Source: Glycera tridactyla (taxonomy: Eukaryota). Taken from it: 64,000 nt of DNA. Positions within the stretch are counted from its first letter, which is position 1; every line of letters starts with the position of its first letter. The notes under the pieces were generated by a model that saw only the letters and a program-made list of their open reading frames with translations, made no database searches and was not told where the DNA came from. This document shows positions 1 to 13,077 of the stretch, in pieces. The translations under genes were made by a program, and so were the position numbers. Location of the stretch: positions 54,622,001 to 54,686,000 of the forward strand of contig OZ286476.1 of the NCBI GenBank assembly GCA_965644265.1. The letters are read 5' to 3'.

Positions 1-235
1 CAAGCTCAATGGCTCACCAGAAACACATGTGCATAGGCACAGGGTGAAGCATGAAAGAAATCCCACGACTGCACTTTTGGCTTGAACAAAAACCAATACA
101 CAGGTAAACTTTCTGGCAAATTGTGGGACAGATTGTCACAGCTATGTACATTCAGACAGCAGGAAATCATCAGTAGGAAGAGAAAGAGAAAACCAGGAAA
201 TGTCAGACAAGCCATTTGACGTGTGTGTACCGGCA

Positions 236-412
236 CAGTGAAACCTGTGACCAGAGACCGTTGTGAATGTGACCTAAAAGTGGTCTGCCAAAAGAGGTGG
301 TCTCTTGTCAGAGGTATATTTGAAGATGTCAAGTAGAAAAGCTACCCTGAAAATGTGCTCTCCTATCAGAGGTATTGTCTCGTCAAGGGGTGTGTCATCA
401 CAGGTCTCATTG
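236..412. mobile_element. MITE, CAGTGAAACCTG family (Tc1/mariner-pogo-like)
   Basis: Starts CAGTGAAACCTGTG and ends CAGGTCTCATTG followed by TA. Carries internal GTGGTCTC and GGTATATTTGA motifs shared with other copies. Confidence 0.7.
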
Positions 413-1583
413 TATGTAAATGTAGTATTATGTGATAGTTCATGATGTCCCTTTCCATAGCATGTGTGTAAGGGTCATCTGATGGAGTGTTTGTGCTGAC
501 TGATGCATAATCACACCTATACATGTACCTGCCTGTTCCATGCTCAGGAGCTATAATCATTTCGTGAGAAATATTCTACTTCACATTCACATGAATATTT
601 TCATTACAGTAGGAGGCCATATCACCCTTGATTTTTACTAGTGTTGGGATTTGATTTATTATCCATGTTCGAAGTTTGTTTTGAAAACCACACAAACTTC
701 AAACAATGTTTGATTTCTACCATATTTTGAGCCACGTACTTTCACAGGCAAATTCTTCCATCTAGCTCCTATTTATTGTATAGTTTTCCTTTGCAAGTTT
801 AACCACTTTCTATATGAGGGGATTTTGGAATTCTCTCACACAAATGATAACAGAAACCACTTGTACAAAATACACAATTAAAATGAACGAATAACGTTTT
901 TTCTCTCAATATGATTGTCGTAATGCAAATCTGGATGATTTCTTGATCATTCTAGCATGCTACCCCATTCTACCATGATTTCTAGATAATATACAATACA
1001 CTGACAGAGTGAAGACAACAGCCACACTGATGTGTGAGCTGTGAATCGATTGAACAGCCACACTGACAAATGAGCTATAAATACTGATAGGGCTGTCACA
1101 CTGACATGACCTCCGTGAACTGACTGAACATTCACATTGATGTAAAAGTTGCACATGTATTGACCTGTCACATTGATAGCAATGGGGAGTCAACAATTGT
1201 TAACTGGAATTATCAGCATTTAGAAAGAAATACCATTAAGAAGTTGAGTCAATAATCACAAACTGAAAATTTGCCTTGTGCCAGGCTTCATTCAGTTCCC
1301 ATATTAACCGTTTTTTTGGCATTTACTAATAGAGCACATTTGTTCCAGCATATTACAAGGAGGGGTTGGGGCATGAAGGGTGCAAGCTGAGCTGAAGCAG
1401 TGCTCAGATGTGGATGGTCCACTATCAAAATAAACATGTGTAGTGCAATGAATCCAGGCAGGCTGAGATGTAGATGAATCGAACATATTGACTTGGCATT
1501 CGAATATTTGATTTGTTGAAGCTATCGAAATGGAACGACATCGACTATAGTCAAACATCGCCCATCACTAATTTTTACAATTG

Positions 1584-1761
1584 CAGTGAAACCTGTCTTG
1601 GGAGACCCCTTCTTTGGGAGACCACCCTCTAATGGGAGGCCGCTCTTCATCGGCTCTTCTCTATTTATCATAGTCAAATATACCTCCAATGAGAGACCAC
1701 CTGTCTTGAGAGACCACTTTTCATTGGGGTTTAGGGCAGTCTCCCAAGACAGATTTTACTG
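1584..1761. mobile_element. MITE, CAGTGAAACCTG family
   Basis: TIRs CAGTGAAACCTGTCTTGGGAGAC and GTCTCCCAAGACAGATTTTACTG, then TA. Close reverse-complement copy at 27248-27424. Confidence 0.85.
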
Positions 1762-1868
1762 TACCACCAAATTGCAAGCATTATCTCCCTGACTTCTCTA
1801 ACTGCAAAGACAATTTCAGCTTCTGTTGCAGTAAGCCTCTATTCACTGATCCAATATGAAGTAAACTA

Positions 1869-2291
1869 TGTCAAATCCAAATTTGGCCTATTCAATTCAG
1901 ACGCTAACTTCGCCAATTTTTGTCCAATTTCAGTTTTAATGGCACAAATGTATTGAGGAGATCTTCCGATGATTATCAAACCAGGTTTCAGGGACTCTGT
2001 ATGCTTTTGAAGAGGATAACGCCATCACTTTATTGCATTTATTCAGCGAACCCACAGGCATTATCACCAGGTCTTCCCTATGTAAAACTACATAGATATG
2101 GCCGCTGCACCTGCTGCAAATCCTCATATTTTGTGTTCTAAGGTGAGATATACAAGGGAATGTCCCTGTGATTACATTGCTAATCGCCTAAGATGTCAAC
2201 AATGACTGTGTGCGCGTCTCATTTCAATCTGAACCAAATTCGCGATGCTTGGGTGAAAAACATACCCGCCACGACACAGCTTGACAGACTT
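1869..2291. repeat. Dispersed ~420-bp repeat (empty-site copy of 51297-52540)
   Basis: Collinear with 51297-51589 plus 52400-52540 (shared TTCAGACGCTAACTTC, GACTCTGTATGCTTTT, CATTTCAATCTGAAC, AGCTTGACAGACTT). Confidence 0.8.
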
Positions 2292-2543
2292 CAGTAGTAT
2301 TCTGCAAGCAATGATAGAAACAGATTAACCTGGTCCATGTTATACATGTGAAGTGTTTCCTGTTGAGGCCACCAGCTGGCAGCACCTCTCAGGTGAATGA
2401 CTAGTGATGACATTAAATCTGAAGAGTATCAGTCAATCAAGTTTCTTTTCACAGAATTTGGTCAAGAATCCACACAGGGACAGCGTCAATCTGATTAGAT
2501 GGATTTGCTTTTTTGTGATTTACTGATGAAGGAGAATTCATAG

Positions 2544-2774
2544 GATGATAACAAGATAGATAACAAGGATGATAACATGATAGATAACAAGGATGATAAC
2601 AAGATAGATAACAAGGATGATAACAAGATAGATAACAAGGATGATAACAAGATAGATAACAAGGATGATAACAAGATAGATAACAAGGATGATAACAAGA
2701 TAGATAACAAGGATGATAACAAGATAGATAACAAGGATGATAACAAGATAGATAACAAGGATGATAACAAGATA
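2544..2774. repeat. 24-bp tandem repeat (GATGATAACAAG-ATAGATAACAAG), ~9.5 copies
   Basis: Near-perfect array visible directly. The unit is a dimer of two related 12-mers. Confidence 0.97.
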
Positions 2775-3022
2775 GTGAAAATATCACTTCTTGGACCATA
2801 AGTCATACCTTGTTGATTTTCATCAGAATAATTCACACTCATGTATTGAGGTAATGAAGTTTGTCATTAGATGTCCTGTTAAGCTTGTGGTGCTCACATT
2901 GGACTAATAATGTCATCATCCTTACATCTCCCATCCATGATCCTCCATCTGCTTTGGTTTCTGTGTATTTCCATTGTCATGTGGCTTCTATAGGGAGAGT
3001 TACAAACCATGATATCCTGATA

Positions 3023-3200
3023 CAGTCAAAGCTGTGGTGAGAAAATACCCGAGAGGATGAGAGAAAGTGGTTTCATAAGAAAGGTGGTCTCTGAAAGAAG
3101 GTATATTTGTTTTTACCAAATCAAAATGGAGCTTTCAAAATGTGGTTTCTCAAGAAAGGTGGTCTCCATTCAGGGGTTCTCTTGTTAAGATAGTGTTGGC
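3023..3200. mobile_element. Degenerate CAGT-family MITE
   Basis: TA-CAGTCAAAGCTGTG start with GGTGGTCTC and GGTATATTTG motifs. Right end eroded. Confidence 0.45.
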
Positions 3201-3790
3201 TATGGTCAGAGTTTTGAGGTCTGCTCATTAGAGTGTGATCATCGACATCTGTAGCCTCTCACAGAGATGTCATCACAAGCAGGGATAGAGCAGATTGGGG
3301 AACAGAGCCGGACACATTTTGAGTTCAGAACTCAAACATCGTGTGGTGTCACTTTTTCAAGTGACTACATCATCAGTTGACACCATCACTTTGGTTGAGC
3401 TTAGATAGATTTTACAGTACAACCTCCAGCTGGTCTCTTCATTACATAATAACCAACAATTCATCTGATTGGTTGATGACTAATTGTTAACACTGTATGA
3501 CAGGTGACAAATACATACCCAGAGATCTTCTGTATTTGTCATTGGAGAAGATACATCAGATGCTTCTTACAATGCGGACACTACTCATATGCACTAGCTT
3601 GACTTGCCCTTATTCATTGTATATTACTGACTACTCCAAAAATTAAAAAACATGGAGTGATCATGAGAATCTACAATGGCTGACGGGATCAGACCACTGT
3701 GATATTGACAAATTACATTCGGTGACCTGCTATGCGACTCATGACTTACCACATTCAAAACTAGGAAACTGACAAATTGGCCACTTGTTT

Positions 3791-4100
3791 GAAACATACG
3801 ACTCGCTGCCAGAACACACTTGCGTGAAACATACGACTCGCTGCCAGAACACACTAGCGTGAAACATACGACTCGCTGCCAGAACACACTTGCGTGAAAC
3901 ATACGACTCGCTGCCAGAACACACTAGCGTGAAACATACGACTCGCTGCCAGAACACACTTGCGTGAAACATACGACTCGCTGCCAGAACACACTTGCGT
4001 GAAACATACAACTCGCTGCCAGAACACACTTGCGTGAAACATACGACTCGCTGCCAGAACACACTAGCGTGAAACATACAACTCGCTGCCAGAAGACACT
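3791..4100. repeat. 35-bp minisatellite (GAAACATACGACTCGCTGCCAGAACACACTTGCGT), ~9 copies
   Basis: Head-to-tail 35-bp period with no spacers. Variants TTGCGT/TAGCGT and ACGAC/ACAAC. Confidence 0.97.
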
Positions 4101-4499
4101 CACTACCGGGTGACCACTGAAATTGACAATCACAAGTTTCTGCCTCTGCCCACTCATCCTTCAACTGTGATCCAAACAGTGCATTGCTTTGATTTTCCCT
4201 AACTGATATGGACACTGAGATTGATGCTTGCTTGGTTTGTTTATTCCAATTCATGTTAGCATCACCAGGGCTATATTGAGATGTGCGATCAATGGGAATG
4301 GATGGGATCAATCAAGACTTCTAAGTTCCCAACATCAGGTGAAAATTAGGCAAATTCAGAGGCAATTAATGTGTCATCTCGCAGTTCAGATAAGATTCTG
4401 TCCGATAGAAATATATTGAGAACAGACTTCATCTTTGATATGTTTAAAAAAATCCCTAGTGTGACACCTCATGGTAGAACATTGGGAAACAAAACATGA

Positions 4500-5657
4500 G
4501 CAAGAATGTTTCACCAGTTGACCATGATTTCATGATACTTCACCTATCTAGTACCATCAACTCTCAATCATCTCTCCTATGCTAATGTCAATGGAATACT
4601 TCAGTAGATTCCAGCCAAGAAAAATCATCTGCCCGCTGTGTTTTGAATGTTGTTTGGGGTATGGCAATCTCAGAACTTTATGTATACCTTAAGTGAACTC
4701 TCCTTGATGAAAGGTCTTGTCTTTGCTCACCTGAACATCCATTACATACTGCCCAAATTAGATGAAATAAAAAGAATCCTCCCACACTCTGATATAGACC
4801 TTCTTGCAATTTCTGAAACCTTTCTGAATAGTGACATTGAAGATTCAGAGCTACATATTGAAAATTACTGCATGATTCGGTTAGATAGACAGGACCTCAC
4901 TCACAAGTCTAAATATGGAGGAGTACTAATGTACATAGGAAATAATATCTCCTTCAAACATGAAGAAAATCCATGTATCAGCAAAGCAAGCCTTGAACTA
5001 CTGTGTGTGAGAATCACTCTCCCAAATACAAGACCTAATTTCTGTAATACTATTTACAGGCCTCCTGATGGAAAAATATCAGAATTTCTGCCTGAACTGG
5101 CAGGTACCCTTGACATGCTCACATCTATTGGTTTTGTTGAAACTCTATGTTAAGGTGACCTGAATCTTGATTTTCTCAAGTCAAATACTAGAGCAATGAA
5201 ACAATTTAGGAACCTTGCTTATACTTATGACCTGTCTCATCTGATTAAGTAGCCAACTAGAATCCCTGATGTTTCTAGTGCCTGTATTCTTACAAACAGA
5301 CCAGAACTAGTGAAACATACTGGTATCATTGAAATGGGGCTAAGTGACCATTATTTTATATTTCTCCAGAGGAAACACACCAGCAAGAAACATTTGACTA
5401 AATTTATCCGAGCAAGGAAGCTAAGGGGTTTTTCTGAAGAAAAATTCCTGAATGAGATTGAATCTATTGACTGGTCTGAATTATATGAACTTGCTGATCC
5501 TAATGATATCTGGAGTGAATTAGTACGCGTTTTTCGTAATGTTTGTGATACCCATGCACCCTACACCAACATGAAGGTTCAAGGTTCCCTACCTGAATGG
5601 ATGAATCACGATTTCATTTCGCTATGTGACACCAGGGACTCAGCTAAAAGGACTGCA
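4500..5657 (+). pseudogene. Non-LTR retrotransposon ORF2 fragment (APE endonuclease + linker), decayed and 3'-truncated
   Basis: Motifs AHLNIH, LAISETFL, RLDR, YRPPDG, GDLNLDF, SDHY. In-frame stops near 5151 and 5250. Inverted homolog of 6170-7320. Confidence 0.92.
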
Positions 5658-7480
5658 GATGGTATGATGCCAGAGCCTATTGAGGAATTCAATAAATGGG
5701 TTATGGGTCCACAAATGCTATAACTTGCTATTTTAAGAAATCTAGGGTTTATCCCATCAAGCCCAGTGGCTTTGGAAGCACTGATTTTAGCCAACAGCTT
5801 TGCAGTGTCAGATTCAGAAATTCTAGAAAAGCTAAAAATCTGGCCAGGGCTTGAGATGTCCTCCAAGTCGATTTCACCAAGATTTGGAAGGGATTTTGAC
5901 AATTCAGCACCGACATTACAAAAGAAGTTGTTAAAGTCTTCCGAGATCTCTGTTTTGTCTGTTTTCCCATTAATTTCAGTCTCGGCTGAATCAGAGACCT
6001 TATTAGAAGGCACAAGGTTTCTGAGAATTTTCCAGAGTTTTTTACTGTTATGCTTGCTATTTTCAATGGAGGTTGTAAGAAAGTTTTTTTTCAAATTTCT
6101 CCCAAGATTGACCACTTGGTTTCTCAGAACCCTATATTCTTCTTTGGCTATTGGGCATCTAGTTCTATCCCCAGTCCTTTTAGCAGCGTCCCTGGCATCA
6201 CATAAAGAGATAAAGTCATGGCTCATCCAGTCAGGTAAGGAACCCTGAACCTTCATGTTGGTAAAGGGTGCATGGGTGTCACAGACTTTTCGAAAGGAGC
6301 GTACAAATTCATTCCATATGTCATTTGGATCAGCATATTCATACAAAACAGACCAGTCAATACATTCAATATCCCTCAGAAAATTTTCCTCAGAGAAGCC
6401 CCTTAGTTTTCTTGCTCTAATGAATTTAACAGAATGTTTTTTCTTAGTGTGCTTTCTCTGCAGGAATATGAGATAGTGGTCGCTAATCCCCATTTCAACA
6501 ACCCCAGCATTCTTTACCAGTTCCAATCTGTTTGTCAGAATTTGGTCAATACAAGTACTAGAGCTATCAGAGATTCTTGTTGGGTCACTGATCAGATGAG
6601 ATAGGTCATATGTATAGGCAAGATTTTTAAATTGCTTCATTGTTCTAGTATTTGACTTAAGAAAATCAAGATTCAGATCACCAAGGCAAATCATTTCAAT
6701 AAATCCAGCTGATGTCACCATATCAAAGGTTGTAGATAGGTCTTGGAGAAAATCTTGTATTTTCCCATCGGGTGGCCTATAAATGGCAGTACAGAAAATT
6801 GGTCTTGTGCATGGGAGAGTAATCTTCACACACAGAAGTTCAAGACATCCCTTACTAATACATAGGGGTTCCTCGTGTTTGAAAGAAATATTGTCACGTA
6901 TGTACATCATTACCCCTCCACCTTTAGTCTTGTGTGACAGGTCCTGCCTATCCAGACGTAGCAGGCAATAATTTTCGATGTGTAGCTCAGAATCTTCAAT
7001 ATCACTTTGAAGGAAGGTTTCAGAGATAGCTAGAAGGTCTATATCAGATTGTAGCAGATTCCTTTTTACTTCATCCAATTTTGGTAGTATGTAATGAATA
7101 TTAAGGTGAGCAAAGACAAGACCTTTCATCGTCGAGAGTTCACTTAAGGTATACATAAAATTCTTGTTTCTGGATAGACCCAAGATGTAAGCAGTTGTTT
7201 GGGTTGCGATACCCCCAAACACTCGTCTAAATAAAGGTCACAGAAAATTATTCGAGGCTTGTTTTTATTTAAGTATTCCATTGACAGAGCATTGGAGATG
7301 GGATAAGAGAACGTAGAGTACTTGGTATAAGAAAAGTGAAGTTTAACACAAATATGGTCAGCTGGTGAATTGCCAGTTGAGGTAAAAGGAGAAACATGCT
7401 TTTGTTCGAGATGTTGTTGTTCTTTCTTGTTTCGTTACGAATTCATGGTTTCAACTGGTGAATTACCAGTTGACGTTGAT
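5658..7480 (-). mobile_element. CR1/L2-group LINE, ORF2 open through APE and linker, truncated at start of RT
   Basis: ORF 5606..7222 has the full APE motif set (HLNIH, SETFL, YRPPDG, GDLN, DPTR, DQIL, SDH) and KATGLDGINPRFLK. It ends at SGIIPS without the RT core. Confidence 0.93.
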
Positions 7481-8029
7481 CAATAGCAGATAATACAATG
7501 ATCAAGTTGCAGTTGATGATTTCGGTTGCAAATCGATCTACACAACAAATATAACACATGGTTGGATTGGCATTGAAGAAGTTGGTTCTAGATAGCTGAA
7601 GTATTGAGAAACATGGTCAATTGGTGAACTACCAATTGAGGTTAAATGCAAAACATAGTATACATTCAATAGAGAAGTATTGGTCATACTTTCTTGTGTT
7701 GGTTTCAAATGCATGTTGTATGGCAAGAAACTGGTAAAATTGGTAAAAACATTGAATTGCCTGGCTTTTGATCAAGTTGTTGTGAAGCTTGCTTATACAG
7801 GTTGCAGTTGCGGATATAACCCATGTTTGGATTGGCATTGAAAAATACATTCTGTCAGCATGGGCGCTATGGGGCGGAGACGGTCGCCAAACTATATCCG
7901 CCCCACATCGTCCATGGAAGGTCTGACCAGGATCGGATTTTCTACAAAGCCCAGCAAATAGTGGCAGATATGTCGGCATGAGGAGAAGGGAAGACAGTCA
8001 AGCTCAACGAAAACATTGTCTCAAACAAG

Positions 8030-8620
8030 ATCCTAGATCCAACTATGCAAGAGTTGGGGTCCCCCCTTGAACGTAGTTTCCACTTTCAAGCTAAACCAAT
8101 ACAATAGAGGAAAACTAGAACTACCCCGGGTGAAAAAGCTCTCTCTGTATATGGTATAAAAATTTGGAATGCTCTTGACACAGAAGTATGAAATTTGCTG
8201 TCTATTGGCACTTTTAAGAGCGCCTGCATATTCAACATTTCTAATAGAATTGACTAGTTGAGATAATCAGGGATTGACAACAGATGAATATACCTATGTA
8301 TAGTTTATCATTGAAATGTTATGCTTAGATACTTATCGTACAAGGCAATATGACACAATCTTACAGTATTACCATGCTCTTTTTCATCCATCCAACATTC
8401 AATAACCGGTTCTAGAAATGTCATATGATTACAATAGTGATACCATATGTTATTTATTTTGCACTTATAGCACCCAGGTCACAGTGTTAGAGTAGGCCAT
8501 CATGGCCTAATTATGATTCATTTGCTTACATGTACCTAATTATTCTTTCTCCAACTGTATTCGCCTGGTTGAATAAAGTTTTTGTCTATTGTCTACTGTC
8601 TACTGTCTATTGTCTATGTC
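8030..8620 (+). mobile_element. Decayed LINE 3' end with 3' UTR and tail
   Basis: Translates as GKLELPRVK..ALSVYGIKIWNAL (ORF2 C-terminus-like). AATAAA at 8572 is followed by a (GTCTATT/GTCTACT)n tail. Confidence 0.7.
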
Positions 8621-9851
8621 TTACAGGATGCCCTCAGAATGTGCAAATACCATCATCAGAACTCATCAGCATTTCACATGGATCTCCAGCATGACAGCAA
8701 GAGCCCAACCTGCATTAGGAGCAGAGAGCAGCTGGATCTATCCCATCCTATATGTATGCAGAGCACACAACAAATACCTGCCTATCATACTTGATATCCC
8801 CACAAATCAAACTGAGCAGAAAATATCATGGGTGAGGCTCCAAACTTCACTGAGCTATACCTGAATTGACTCTTTCTATAGTCTGTGACTAGTCTGTATC
8901 CATGACACAAGGCCACAAAATCTCATTAGGATGCATCTGAGTCTCTAGTACTTCTATTCCCATCTATTGTACGTGGCTCATTCAAGTCTCATATGTCCCC
9001 CTGTCTTGAGGCACTTGGGACACTTTGTCCCATCAGATCTGATGAGAGATTCAATATGCGCCTCAAGTACTTATTTGAGTGAAGGAGCATGAGTTCACAT
9101 CAACCAAGGGTGTGTGGCACACCTGCAAGCATGCAAATAAGAGAAAACACTGTCAGAGAGTATTCAATACTAAAGCACAGTGGTCCATTGGATTGATGAA
9201 CACACTCAACACTATTCCAGAATAATGAGTAAAGGAGATGACTAATATTGAGTGAGGTTGAGATGAACTCTGATGAAGTGATGCTTCAGATGACAGTCGA
9301 GTGAACCCAGTGAGGATCACTTTCAGCTCTCCCAGTTGTACCTATGAGGGATGACTGAATAATGAAATCACTGACAGCACACTCCCCTCTTGACAATGAC
9401 ACCTCTTGTAAAGGCAAATTCGATAATTGACTCAGTCAAAAATCAGTCAAAAACCCAACTCTTCGGTTGCCATTCTGGGTGGTCTCTTTCCACAGGACTC
9501 ACTGCACTCAGAGTGAATCTGACTTTCAGACAGCAATAAGCCCAATCCCATTCTCAAAATGGAAGATGAGAGAGTGATGCACTACCTGTGAACACAGTCT
9601 ACCTCGATCTCACAACGAGACGGCTTTACATATTTATCATCCAATGTCGAGTCTAGCGTGTTGGCAAGCTGCTGCGTCCGGCCTGCGTCGGCGACCTGCT
9701 TCACATCGTGGGAGATTAGCACTACGCAAATCCGCCCCCGATTGGTCGCTTCCATCATGTGACTATTCGGATTTTAAAATTTTTGAGGCTTTCAACAGCG
9801 TTTAAATGGCATTTTCTTCTTGTTTATGTTTAAAATCGGATGATGAAGTCA

Positions 9852-9963
9852 GAATGCGTCTCGTGCCATGTACGCAGAGACCGGGCACGCCTCGTAGCTG
9901 CCCCCGGGGATGCTCAGCTACTCGATGTGTCCGGTCTCCGCGTACATGGAACTCGATGCATTC
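9852..9963. repeat. Imperfect 49-bp-arm inverted repeat (hairpin)
   Basis: Arms 9852-9900 and 9915-9963 align ungapped with 39/49 Watson-Crick pairs. Confidence 0.85.
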
Positions 9964-10334
9964 TTTATAAACCTGCACATTTATGATTCAGACATGGAAA
10001 TAACAGCCAAACCTGGCTTAGTGGGATGGATAATTTCAAGTTTTGATTGTGCATTTATTCAAACAAATATCTCAGCCTCAGAATGAAAGTTTTTTCAGCT
10101 TGTTCACCTTTGACATCTCACACAAATTTGAGATTCTCCCAGTCCCCTTTCCCACGGGCAGATGGCTGTCAAAGTTTTAATGTTAAGACTGTCATCTTCT
10201 TCAGTCATTCACTTGATAGCTTAGTGCAAAATCTAAATGTGAAGTGCCTAGCCATGCATAGTCTTCATATACAGAAAAGATATTCTGATATGGACTAAGG
10301 TGATATAGCAGTATATTGAGGGCATAATATGATT

Positions 10335-10474
10335 NNNNNNNNNNNNNNNNNNNNNNNNNNNNNNNNNNNNNNNNNNNNNNNNNNNNNNNNNNNNNNNNNN
10401 NNNNNNNNNNNNNNNNNNNNNNNNNNNNNNNNNNNNNNNNNNNNNNNNNNNNNNNNNNNNNNNNNNNNNNNNNN
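10335..10474. other. Assembly gap (140 N)
   Basis: Run of N. Confidence 0.99.
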
Positions 10475-10687
10475 TCACAGTGGCTCCTTCCCATCATATC
10501 AATCTTGGAGTGATTGCTTCACCATGGCAAGTTTGAAGTGTGTTTGAAGATGAAAAAGTGACGAAAATCCATCGGAATATTCATAGACGATGGTGTAGGT
10601 TCCTGGTACGACGAAAGAGAGAACATTGAAATCCACGAATCCTAACTCTCTAGCCCCGAAAACACACTGGAGCCTGGAGAAAGCAAC

Positions 10688-11647
10688 ATGTCGTCCTCAG
10701 CTGTCAAGATGGATCCTGCCCAGTTTCAGGACTTATTTTTGGCATCTTTTAAGGAGATGGTGAAGTCAAATGAACACAAACAGTTGTTTGCAGACATGCT
10801 TGCTGGTGTGAAATCAGAATTTGATGATAGAATGGCCATTGTTGAGAATCAGATCAAGGCCGACCATGTCAAGCTTGAATCTACAACCACTGCTATTTCT
10901 GTGATTTAAAAACAGCTTCTTGGCATGCAGGATATGGTGAAGAATGGTGAAGTTAAGACAGGAATCCTTGAAACTTCCCAAGAAAATGACACCATAAACT
11001 CCCTTTCAGATGACAGAATTGACAAATGTGATGAAAAATTGGAAGCTTTTGAAAAGAAATTGCATGAAATGTCAATTGCACGTGAAAATTTCAGCAAGAC
11101 AGGGAGTGGTGAGCTTGAAAATAAGATCTCAGAGGCATGGAAGAAGCTAGTTAAAGTTGACAAGATCTCTAGGGATGCTGAGTGATGATCCTCTGTAATT
11201 CCACAGAAACAGATTCTAGAAATTACTGACAAGATTAGGCAACTTGAGTCAAGTTACAATGTTAAGTACCTGCTGTTTGATGGTATTGAAGAGGTGCCAA
11301 ACGAGTTAACTCCTGAACACCTGGTGAACACTGTGGGTATACATCTTTCTCCCCCTATTAGATTGATTGACTTGGAAAGTGCGAGACGTATTGGTAAATC
11401 GAACACTGGCAAACCAAGAACCATACTAGCTGAATTTGTTCATGGCAGTAAAAGTATAGCTGTATTCCAGGGCAGAATGGAGTTAGCTAAGAAGAAAATC
11501 CCCTACTTCATAGTGGAATTCCTAGCCAAGGAAGCAGCCCACTTATTCTACCTTGCTCGACAAAAAAGGGGTGCAGGGAAACCTCTTGCAAGAGCATGGT
11601 CCTACAGAGGACAAATATATGTATCTAAAAGCAAAAACTCAAAGTAA
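10688..11647 (+). pseudogene. LINE ORF1-like pseudogene (coiled coil + RRM + CTD)
   Basis: ORFs 10688, 10925 and 11294 lie in one frame separated by three stops. E/K-rich coiled-coil-like N-terminus, then LLFDGIEE, ARRIGK..KPRTILAEF and AWSYRGQIYV, typical of L1/L2/CR1-type ORF1p. Confidence 0.8.
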
Positions 11648-13077
11648 AAATGAATTGAACAAATTTATTTCTGATGGGTCTAATACAACAGAGCCAACTG
11701 CTTCTACCAGCAGAATGGATCATTGAATTTTTAGGTAGCCATCTTTCAGACTATTATTGATACTATTTCCCTGATTGCAACACACTTTTCATGCTATCTA
11801 TTAATGATTTATGATAATGCATCATTACGGTGTCATGGTGAATGAAAGTTATTAATCAGAACCCTGCTTGAATTGATTGTGAGATAGGGTTACAAGTATG
11901 AAAACTGATGAATAAATGAAAGTAACACTCCCTCCTATGTCTTTCAGAATTGGCCTTTCATCTCATATGAAAATCGCTTGTGTGACTGAGTGAACAAATG
12001 TGTTTGTGTGTCGGATCTAATGCTTCATCAAGCTAGGCTGAGTGAATGTTTGAGCAGTACCTTATTGATCATAGTATAAGCACAGATGGTGAAAACATTC
12101 AACACCTGTGTTTGAAAGACCACTTTTAAAGCAAGTATAAATACTCACATGTGGGCTCCTTCCACCATTAGAGTACATACCCTGTCTCTCAAAGACCTCA
12201 TCTTAATGACAAATTACCCTGCCTACTATTATGGGTACCAAATTTGAAACTTTGAATCAGGTGAAAATCATCGACTTGAGAGACCAGCCTGTCAGTATTT
12301 TTTTCAGGCTGAGATGGGATGTTTTGATCACATACATGCCCCGTGAGAGGATTCCTTGAATAAATGACACCTGAAGGACATATAGACAATCCGATTCCCA
12401 GGCCAGACCTATGAATATGCCATGTTGTACACATTGACCCTATATTTTATGTCAAATCGATCTTTATTAAGGAAATTTCATCGGCTCGTGGCAACTCCTC
12501 CTTGCCAACTCGATCAGCTGGGAGAAAACCGAAGAGGCCGTCCGTGTCTCTCATTGGCTGTTTCTTGCACGTGATCAGAACTAGCGAATCATAGCACTCC
12601 TCGCATTGGCTACTCCGAGGGAAACTTTATCTACTATTTTTGAAGTCTAAACATGAAAATTTCCGAATAAATACCATGGGACATCATCTAATAAAGTATC
12701 ACCGTTCATTTAATGGTAAAATTTCAATTCGAGGCAGTTTGATTTATGTTGAACTTTTTCTCTCGACCCGCCGTCTCCGCTCCTGATTGGCTAACCGTCG
12801 CACGTGATGGCAACAGCCAATCACCGCTCTCGACTCTAAATGATCTTGGCTTTGCAGACAAAATGGAGATCGATAGCTCTCTCTCTAAATTGTTCACGGC
12901 AGAATAGCTCCATAAATAAAGGAGATATCCAGATACGCACTGATCTCGAACATAGGAACTATGCCAATACTATCACGGAAGACAATCTAACGACCAAATT
13001 GCAAATCCCTGATTCCTGCCTTCGAATGTGTGAGCTTTCTCCCCCACTCATGTCCCGGTGTGTAAATGATGATTGTT

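Noticed and set aside
3791-4100. 35-bp repeats of CRISPR-like length
   Set aside because: Units are contiguous with no unique spacers, there are no cas genes, and the context is eukaryotic.
12780-12830. ATTGG...CACGTG...CCAAT promoter-like palindrome
   Set aside because: Similar motifs occur in repeat-derived sequence near 12540 and 37740, and there is no linked gene start.
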